A DNA stretch of 16,321 nucleotides. Source: Candidatus Thorarchaeota archaeon (GTDB lineage Archaea > Asgardarchaeota > Thorarchaeia > Thorarchaeales > Thorarchaeaceae). Positions 8,867 to 15,222 of the stretch are shown piece by piece. The stretch is from assembly GCA_048882325.1 (NCBI GenBank), contig JBHLRS010000059.1, forward strand, positions 1 to 16,321. The letters are read 5' to 3'. Each line of letters opens with the position of its first letter. Position 1 is the first letter of the stretch. The position numbers and the translations under genes were made by a program. The notes beneath the pieces were generated by a model that searched no databases, was not told the DNA's origin, and saw only the letters and a program-made list of their open reading frames with translations.

Positions 8867-9349
8867 ATGCCTATGAGAAAACCGAATACGGATTTTACTC
8901 TAGAGGTAACAGGAACTAGTAGGCGGTGTCCTGTTGGAGAGAAAACTGGTGCTCAATATATGTCGGAGAAAAAAACACCTATTCTCGCCTGTGCAGGAGC
9001 ATGTATCCGAGGCGAAATCGCTCGATTAGCCGCGAACATAGTTTCGAAAAAGGACGGGTTTCGACATGCATGTCATGGCGAAGTACTCACTGTCCCGGGT
9101 TCGGGATTTGATAATTGGATTGCAGCAGCAGACAAAGTCATACTAATCGACGGATGTTTCATGCGATGTTGGGGACGGATTTTAGAAAATCTGATTCCTG
9201 AAGAGAAGTTGATTCAGTTCGATGCATTGTCTCATTATAAGAAGTATACGAATGTATTCGATATTGATGCTGTCCCTGAATCTGAAAGGAATCAGGTGGC
9301 ACAAAGTGTGGCTAGTTGGGTACTTGCTAGTATGGAAAAGGACGTCTAG
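8867..9349 (+). CDS. DGC-domain putative zinc-binding protein
   Basis: ILACAGACIRGEIARLAA, HACHG, ILIDGCFMRC. Start could be 8861, 8867 or 8873. Confidence 0.85.
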   Translation: MPMRKPNTDFTLEVTGTSRRCPVGEKTGAQYMSEKKTPILACAGACIRGEIARLAANIVSKKDGFRHACHGEVLTVPGSGFDNWIAAADKVILIDGCFMRCWGRILENLIPEEKLIQFDALSHYKKYTNVFDIDAVPESERNQVAQSVASWVLASMEKDV

Positions 9350-9548
9350 TATTCGAAGCTACTGCAACTCCGACGGAAATATAACACCACCTACAACGCC
9401 ACCAATAACTCCACCCGGACGACTCCCTTCTATTGATGTAATCAAATTTTACGAGAAATTGTGATACGCATTGACCTACAAGGTTCAGAATCCCTGGAGC
9501 TTTGATGTCTGGATGGAGAACCCGTGATAGATTTCAGGATAGAGAGAA

Positions 9549-9614
9549 GTAGAGGCGGTGGCGATAGAGTATTTGGGGATTACGAAATGCTCATTGCTGA
9601 GCCCCTTTCATTTT
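9549..9614 (+). repeat. Array repeat R7 (subtype B)
   Basis: GTAGAGGCGGTGGCGATAGAGTATTTGGGGATTACGAAATGCTCATTGCTGAGCCCCTTTCATTTT. Confidence 0.8.
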
Positions 9615-9631
9615 ACAGCGGCTGCTATCCA

Positions 9632-10315
9632 TTATTCCGCGCGTCGGAACAGCTGGATATATGGTATGAGTGCAGCCACTAACTTTCCTTCCGCTTTCTT
9701 CAAATGATCGACAAATGTAGTTCTTGGAACATGCAACCTCTTCGCAATCGTCTGAACATTCGCTCTCCTTGGAAAACTGAAGTATCCCTGAGAGTACGCA
9801 GTGACTAAAGCATCTATTTGCTTATCTGTCAGTTCTGAAAACAAAGTATCTGCTGTCATCGCTACTGAGCTGATGAACGAACCACTGTACGGTTTCTTCC
9901 GTAGTATTTCGACTTCAAAATCTTCAGTTGCGAGATTCTTCATCAACTTCGTGATATCTTCATGCTTGAACGCAACTATCCTGTAGTATTCCCACCCCTT
10001 CTCATAATACACTGGGTTGAATTCGAGGAAGTTCAACTCCTCGAGATATCGACTTACAGATCCAGGTTCTAGACAAGAACATGATTTCGTGACCAAATGG
10101 ATCCTATTGCTATCGGATACCTCATTCATGATACTCATGGTCTTCTGCAAATCACTTCGAATGCTGGGATACTCGTCCTGATTCCGAATAACTAACTCTA
10201 GGACATCGTGCTCGCGATTACACCATTGAAATATCTTCAATGATGGATGCTTGCGTGAAATGTTTCCAACCGGACAATCATGACTTACTTTGAATGTGAC
10301 CTCGAAGAGTGGCAT
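9632..10315 (-). CDS. Archaeal HTH_10 (bacterio-opsin activator-type) transcriptional regulator
   Basis: N-terminal HDCP; C-terminal LTDKQIDALVTAYSQGYFSFPRRANVQTIAKRLHVPRTTFVDHLKKAEGKL. Confidence 0.9.
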   Translation of the reverse strand: MPLFEVTFKVSHDCPVGNISRKHPSLKIFQWCNREHDVLELVIRNQDEYPSIRSDLQKTMSIMNEVSDSNRIHLVTKSCSCLEPGSVSRYLEELNFLEFNPVYYEKGWEYYRIVAFKHEDITKLMKNLATEDFEVEILRKKPYSGSFISSVAMTADTLFSELTDKQIDALVTAYSQGYFSFPRRANVQTIAKRLHVPRTTFVDHLKKAEGKLVAALIPYIQLFRRAE

Positions 10316-10353
10316 ACACTTTCACTGTTTCACTCCAATATATAGTATTAGCA

Positions 10354-10391
10354 GTAATATTACGTTTGAGATTCACTAACGTCATATTACG
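10354..10391. promoter_or_regulatory. Putative twin operator GTAATATTACG / GTCATATTACG
   Basis: Perfect palindrome GTAATATTAC at 10354-10363 and a 1-mismatch copy at 10381-10391, in the divergent intergenic region next to the HTH_10 gene. Confidence 0.5.
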
Positions 10392-10438
10392 CTACAATAC
10401 TAAACTGAGTTCTGGGTATCTATTATCATGTGATTATC

Positions 10439-10654
10439 ATGGCGTGTGAAACAAGTTATGTATCAATGGAACGTAAAGTCACAAGTAGAGATGACGAAGA
10501 GTCAGTCGATACATCCAACCATCTAAACAGCGATGGGAACAAGGCTGAACAGATCAGGGCGTCGCGTGAGAGCATGTACCTTAAACGCCATCGCATTGAC
10601 CGATACCGGACATCCGGTAGGGCTCTCCTGTTCGCGGCTTCCTTTAACAAATAA
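10439..10654 (+). CDS. Small hypothetical protein with acidic N-half and basic C-half
   Basis: Open frame divergent from the HTH_10 gene just after the twin operator. No recognisable family; start could be 10430, 10439 or later. Confidence 0.5.
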   Translation: MACETSYVSMERKVTSRDDEESVDTSNHLNSDGNKAEQIRASRESMYLKRHRIDRYRTSGRALLFAASFNK

Positions 10655-10829
10655 TGGAGATGACATGAAATGCAAGAACTGCTAACTGTATTGCCTCTCC
10701 CGCCTCTATTTGATATTGGATTTTCCAGCGGACTTGCGTTATTAGTACTCGGTTATAGAGAAGACCTGAGAGTCTTTGCAAGGAGAATTAGAAACAATCG
10801 ATCAAATGATTGAGGAGGAGGTGAAATAG

Positions 10830-11057
10830 ATGGGATGCGGAAGTGCAACAACAAAGAGAAAATCCAGATATACTGCGAGAAGTCCGGAGAGAGTTGATCG
10901 CGGTACATCGACTATTCTGATGCCTCGAGTTCCACAGAAATGCTTCAACTGTGGGGCGAGCATTCACACTGAAAAGGTGAATTGGATTGGCCCAGATAGA
11001 ATAGAGTGTCCATACTGCGGACAAGCCTTAACAGTTGAGTTCGAAAAAGTGGTTTGA
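10830..11057 (+). CDS. Small zinc-ribbon protein
   Basis: CFNCG...CPYCG; strong ribosome-binding site GGAGGAGGTGA just upstream. Confidence 0.75.
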   Translation: MGCGSATTKRKSRYTARSPERVDRGTSTILMPRVPQKCFNCGASIHTEKVNWIGPDRIECPYCGQALTVEFEKVV

Positions 11058-11063
11058 ATGGGT

Positions 11064-11134
11064 GCAGAGGCAACGGTGAGATAGAGTGTTTAGGGTAATG
11101 CCCTTCTCACATTGCTGAGCACCTTTTCATTTTT
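11064..11134 (+). repeat. Array repeat R8 (subtype B)
   Basis: GCAGAGGCAACGGTGAGATAGAGTGTTTAGGGTAATGCCCTTCTCACATTGCTGAGCACCTTTTCATTTTT. Confidence 0.85.
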
Positions 11135-11239
11135 CAATTATCAATATTTTTGAGCGGGTTCTACGGAGTGTTAAATAATCTCTAATCTGAATTCCACATT
11201 GGAATGACCTAGGAAGCAAAGAGATTTCTTCTAAGTGTA

Positions 11240-11818
11240 CTATCTGGAGTTTGCAGTATCAGCTTTCGGAAGAATGCCATATCGCTGAACAAATTCACTC
11301 TTGATGATGTCCATAATAGCTACATCGTCTCTCTTTCCATTGATGTACGCTCCTTCTCTAAGAAATCCCAATTTCTGGAATCCAATTTTCTCATAGAAAC
11401 TGATTGCGTGTTGATTGAATTTATAGACAAAGAGATAGACATTATGCAATCCTAAAATGTTGAAAGTAAAATCCAGCAGAACCAACATGGCATCTTTTCC
11501 ATACCCCTTTCCTCTGTTGTTTTTATCAAAGATTACCAAGTTATCAATCATACCAGTACCACTGATCCAGTTGATGTTTGATACATCTATGAATCCCACT
11601 AGTTTCCGTGTTTTTTGGTCTTCAATGCCGAATGTGAAGACATATCGACCTGCAAAGCCTTCATTCCTCGATGAAATAAAATCCTGAATCTCCTTGTGTG
11701 TCTTGGGAAATGGATTTGGGAAATATTGTCTGATTTGATATTCATTCCAGTGTTCAAGTATGATGTCTGCGTCTGCAAGCTCTAAACGTCTTAGCTTTAC
11801 TATTTCCCCTTGGTACAT
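11240..11818 (-). CDS. RimJ/RimL-type GNAT N-acetyltransferase
   Basis: GEIVKLRRLE, RGKGYGKDAM, LGLHNVYL, FNQHAISFYEKIGF, G.LRE. ATG 11818 preferred over 11950. Confidence 0.9.
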   Translation of the reverse strand: MYQGEIVKLRRLELADADIILEHWNEYQIRQYFPNPFPKTHKEIQDFISSRNEGFAGRYVFTFGIEDQKTRKLVGFIDVSNINWISGTGMIDNLVIFDKNNRGKGYGKDAMLVLLDFTFNILGLHNVYLFVYKFNQHAISFYEKIGFQKLGFLREGAYINGKRDDVAIMDIIKSEFVQRYGILPKADTANSR

Positions 11819-11957
11819 TAGAATCAGATACGCGTAATTATCTCTAATTTTAACTATATGGGAGTGCGCTGGTTTACGCATTCGATAAGAACGGTCGTCG
11901 CAATTAGAAATGCATCTCAGAATAACTTCAGAACTTGCTATCTCAATCATTTATCCT

Positions 11958-12041
11958 AGATGGTCTTTTGGCATAGGCTGAGGGGTCGGGTATCCAGGGA
12001 AAATTGCCTTGCCTATCCCGTTGAAACCCTCTCTCTCTTTT
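11958..12041 (+). repeat. Array repeat R9 (long form, diverged)
   Basis: AGATGGTCTTTTGGCATAGGCTGAGGGGTCGGGTATCCAGGGAAAATTGCCTTGCCTATCCCGTTGAAACCCTCTCTCTCTTTT; colinear with R6. Confidence 0.75.
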
Positions 12042-12205
12042 GCATAAGTAGCCTAATCTTCACTTCATATCAGCTATAACCTGCTACTAATTCCGCGAAC
12101 CCCCTCAGACTTTGAAATGTTCGAAGATGGCTTCCTAACACAAGTGTTAAATGAAACACTACAAATTAATTAACAATAGTTAATGATGATGAAGGTAAAA
12201 TCCAC

Positions 12206-12637
12206 ATGCCCGCTCAAATCAGATTCTCTCAGATCATTGATAGACCCGTGACTAAAGTGTTCCACTTCGTAGCTGAACAACATGTCCGTAATCACCCACG
12301 CTGGGACCCAGACATAGAGCTCTGGTTGGAAACGGATGACCCAATTGAAGTTGGAACGATTATTCACAGACGCAATAGCCGCAGTGGCACCCCTATTGAG
12401 GGAACCATGGAAGTCGTGGAATTCGATCCTAACCATGCCTTTGGAACTGTCATCCACGATGGTCCAGCTGAGATGCGTGGAAGGATCACATTCGAGGCAA
12501 TTAGTGAGAACCAAACCACAGTGACGACTGTTATTGACATTCCCGGAATGGATGAGTCCATGGATAAGAGCTTCATAACAAGCCGCTTGGAACGGAGCGG
12601 TCAAAATATGAAACAGCTTATCGAGTCTGAAACCTAA
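12206..12637 (+). CDS. SRPBCC / polyketide-cyclase-like protein
   Basis: IDRPVTKVFHFVA...NHPRWDP...VGT...EVVEFDPNHAF...LERSGQNMKQLIES. Confidence 0.8.
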   Translation: MPAQIRFSQIIDRPVTKVFHFVAEQHVRNHPRWDPDIELWLETDDPIEVGTIIHRRNSRSGTPIEGTMEVVEFDPNHAFGTVIHDGPAEMRGRITFEAISENQTTVTTVIDIPGMDESMDKSFITSRLERSGQNMKQLIESET

Positions 12638-12661
12638 GAATCCTGTGGAAGATGGTGAAAG

Positions 12662-13048
12662 ATGGCAGAACCTATAGTATTCATCATCCGTCATCGAATA
12701 AAGGAAGGAATGCTAGATAATTTCAACGATCACTACCGGCAAAGCATCCCATTGACAGAGAAAAGTAAACCAGGCACGATTATCCAGCTTGCGTACGTAA
12801 ACGACGATGCGGCTGAGGTTGATATTGTTCGCATCTTTCCCAATGCGGAGGCATTAGACCTCCAATTACAAGGAGCTGATCAGCGATCAAAGACAACCTA
12901 CAAATTCATCGAACCAATCAGCATCGAAATTTATGGCACTCCCAACAATTTTGCCATTGAGATGATAAAGAAGATCGCGGGATCGGGGATCGACGTGAGT
13001 GTCAAATCTCAATTCATTGGCGGCTTCATTCATTCCAATTATGAGTAA
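12662..13048 (+). CDS. Dimeric alpha+beta barrel (ABM-like) protein
   Basis: RHRIKEGMLDNF...KPGT...YVNDD...IFPNAEALD...IEIYGTP. Confidence 0.65.
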   Translation: MAEPIVFIIRHRIKEGMLDNFNDHYRQSIPLTEKSKPGTIIQLAYVNDDAAEVDIVRIFPNAEALDLQLQGADQRSKTTYKFIEPISIEIYGTPNNFAIEMIKKIAGSGIDVSVKSQFIGGFIHSNYE

Positions 13049-13095
13049 TCAGGGAACTTTTCAGTTCTCACTCTATTGAGCAACCCCTTCTCTTC
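13044..13095 (+). repeat. Array repeat R10
   Basis: AGTAATCAGGGAACTTTTCAGTTCTCACTCTATTGAGCAACCCCTTCTCTTC. Confidence 0.8.
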
Positions 13096-13119
13096 TAGAA
13101 AATCAGGTTAGTTGTAACA

Positions 13120-13575
13120 TTACCATTCGATTGTCTTGTCTTTATATTTGGAATAGCAATTTTCACATACACGCAAAGGAAACTCTGGTTTTGTACACTG
13201 AAGTTTATGTGACTGAACTCCATCTTTGTGGACTTTCAACTGATCTCCGCAAATGTTACAATTGTATAGAGCCTCGATTTTGAACTTGATTTCTCGAGAT
13301 GGACAATTATACACCCTCATGTTACGTTCTGGACTGCCCAACTCCCTCATGTCACCAAAGACTCGCATGGAATGTAATATAGGATACATTCCAACAAGAC
13401 TCTCCATGCAAATTCCCTCTGGAGAGTTCCAACTAAACTCGAATTTTTGCCCAACTTTATGACTTGCACGGCAATTCCCATCTTCTATAATTGTGACTCT
13501 AAAGGAAACAACTTCTTGCTGACTATCTCGAAGCCTTAGGATTGATTCTTTTTCTGAAAGATTCCTTGAAGCCAT
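13120..13575 (-). CDS. TIGR04076-like Cys-rich protein with a C-terminal CxxC...CxxC module
   Basis: GNCRASHKVGQKF...PEGICMESL...NCP...IKFKIE, then CNIC...CENC. Start 13575 or 13584. Confidence 0.7.
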   Translation of the reverse strand: MASRNLSEKESILRLRDSQQEVVSFRVTIIEDGNCRASHKVGQKFEFSWNSPEGICMESLVGMYPILHSMRVFGDMRELGSPERNMRVYNCPSREIKFKIEALYNCNICGDQLKVHKDGVQSHKLQCTKPEFPLRVCENCYSKYKDKTIEW

Positions 13576-13728
13576 TTCTAGCACCTATATTTCAATATAC
13601 ACTCCCCTCTATATTATTCACTCCTCTCTATCTTGTAGAGCACCCAGACCAGCGTATTGTCAAATCCAAAGTCTTATGATTATGGATAGAGAAGAGGTCC
13701 AACTTTCAATCTGTTAAAAATTGGAGTC

Positions 13729-13789
13729 AGACTGGATTTGGTGAACATGGAACTACCCTTCCCTAACTGTTGAGGCACACTTTCATCTT
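13729..13789 (+). repeat. Array repeat R11
   Basis: AGACTGGATTTGGTGAACATGGAACTACCCTTCCCTAACTGTTGAGGCACACTTTCATCTT. Confidence 0.8.
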
Positions 13790-13822
13790 GTATATCTCAT
13801 ATACTACAGGAACTCTTCAAAA

Positions 13823-14263
13823 TCAAACACGTTTTGGCTTCCGCTTGATCTGCAATAGTTTCTTAATATCCTCAATGGACATCGCTTCAGACATTGTAAT
13901 CCAAAGCCAACGCCCATCACGCAATTGCCCTGTATTGCTATACTGGTTTCTCAGAACCGGAGCTAGTTCATTCAGGATTTCCTCTACCTTTCCCACCTCA
14001 TTACTTCCAAGCACAATCAGGATTGTGAAACTACCAGCCTCGGGAAACAATGAGCAAAGTGTCTTCCCACTCTTGCGATAGCGAACAGTCCAACCGTATT
14101 TTTTCCCATAGAATACAGTTTCAGGTACAATATCATAGTTATTCTCAAGAAACTCTTTTAGTTCACTCCACTCTTTTACGAACTTTGATCCTATGAAAAT
14201 CCTCATGTCTTCATCTGACGGCAACTTCTCCTTCTCATACATGCGTTGGGGAACATTATTCAA
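13823..14263 (-). CDS. DUF3788-family protein
   Basis: YGKKYGWTVRYRKSGKTLCSLFPE...DGRWLW...DIKKLLQIKRKP. Confidence 0.8.
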   Translation of the reverse strand: MNNVPQRMYEKEKLPSDEDMRIFIGSKFVKEWSELKEFLENNYDIVPETVFYGKKYGWTVRYRKSGKTLCSLFPEAGSFTILIVLGSNEVGKVEEILNELAPVLRNQYSNTGQLRDGRWLWITMSEAMSIEDIKKLLQIKRKPKRV

Positions 14264-14402
14264 TTTCTAAATACTCCCTTCACTTTCAGTGATGTCAATG
14301 TGATTCGAGATATGACTTGTTCTGGTTTAAAATCTATGAATGAATTAAAAATCAGCAACAGGTATCTCAAAGTTCTCAGAATTCTAGTTAAGTAAGAATC
14401 AA

Positions 14403-14504
14403 AGACTGAAGGAATGAAGTGAACAGGGGACCTTCCTGTTCGTTCCTCTTTAATCAGATTCTCACACCACTTTATCTATTGAGGCGTCAATACCCCCAAT
14501 TTTC
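14403..14504 (+). repeat. Array repeat R12 (atypical or split copy)
   Basis: The 5' half AGACTGAAGGAATGAAGTGAACAGGGGACCTTCC matches R5/R6. A displaced 3'-like half CTCAC...TATTGAGGC...ACCCCCAATTTTC lies at 14461-14504. Confidence 0.55.
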
Positions 14505-14584
14505 TAGTATATGAAATATACACTCAAGACTAGTGAGTATCATGCATTTTATGTACAGGACAGGTACACCATCGCGTGAATCGT

Positions 14585-15091
14585 ATGAAACGAAAACTGA
14601 CAAAAGAGAAAATCATAGAACGAGTTCATACTGAGCGAAGAAGACTCGAGAAGAACCTCGCTTCATTATCTGATGATGATATGTTAGAATCAGGTGTAAT
14701 AGGTGAATGGTCTGTAAAGGATATTATGGCGCATCTCTTTGATTGGGAGCAAAGATTTCTTGGTTGGTATGAAGCTGGATTAAGAGGCGAGGTGCCTGAA
14801 ACTCCCGCTCCTGGACTCAAATGGAGTCAACTACGAATATTGAATCAGCAGGTATTTGAAAAGCATCGTGACCGAAAACTGGAAGAAGTCAAAACAGAGT
14901 TTCAGTCTTCTTTCGCACATGTACTTGATACTATAGATGAAATTCCTGAGGACGACATCTTTGAGATTGGTAGATACAGATGGACCGGTAGAGGAAATAT
15001 CGGCGGATTCATCCTAGCAAACACAGCTAACCACTATCGGTGGGCAAAGAGTAGGATACGTAGTTGGATGAAGCGAACTGGAAGACTTTGA
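14585..15091 (+). CDS. ClbS/DfsB-like (DUF1706, DinB-superfamily) four-helix-bundle protein
   Basis: WSVKDIMAHLFDWEQRFLGWY...PAPGLKWSQL..LN...NTANHYRWA. Confidence 0.8.
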   Translation: MKRKLTKEKIIERVHTERRRLEKNLASLSDDDMLESGVIGEWSVKDIMAHLFDWEQRFLGWYEAGLRGEVPETPAPGLKWSQLRILNQQVFEKHRDRKLEEVKTEFQSSFAHVLDTIDEIPEDDIFEIGRYRWTGRGNIGGFILANTANHYRWAKSRIRSWMKRTGRL

Positions 15092-15222
15092 TCTAGATGA
15101 TTTCCAAAGTTCATGACTATCTCATTCAACATACTTATTGGTGCGTTGAGTAATCTAATAGTGTCAATATTGGCGTAGTGTTCGCAAACTCAGAAAGAAT
15201 CAAGCTGGAGGGTAAGTTACTC

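Noticed and set aside
10680-10730. Possible 13th repeat between the two small ORFs
   Set aside because: Only pyrimidine-rich similarity; both dyads and the GCACCCTTTCATTTT tail are missing.
3171-14504. CRISPR array
   Set aside because: The repeats are degenerate and separated by 0.3-2.3 kb gene-bearing intervals, and there are no cas genes.
3171-14504. Repeats as ordinary terminators (hairpin plus T tract)
   Set aside because: Orientation is fixed regardless of gene direction, and four copies lie between divergent gene starts. A secondary terminator role is not excluded.
3171-14504. Canonical integron (intI/attC)
   Set aside because: No integrase in the window, site geometry does not fit R''-L''-L'-R', and GTTRRRY is exact in only 5 copies.
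1471-14820. Remaining short nested track ORFs (e.g. 4839-5138, 12170-12694, 13770-14081)
   Set aside because: They overlap better-supported genes and have no recognisable motifs.
14585-15091. True colibactin-resistance ClbS
   Set aside because: It has His (MAHLFDW) where, from memory, ClbS has its catalytic Tyr. Only a family-level call is supported.
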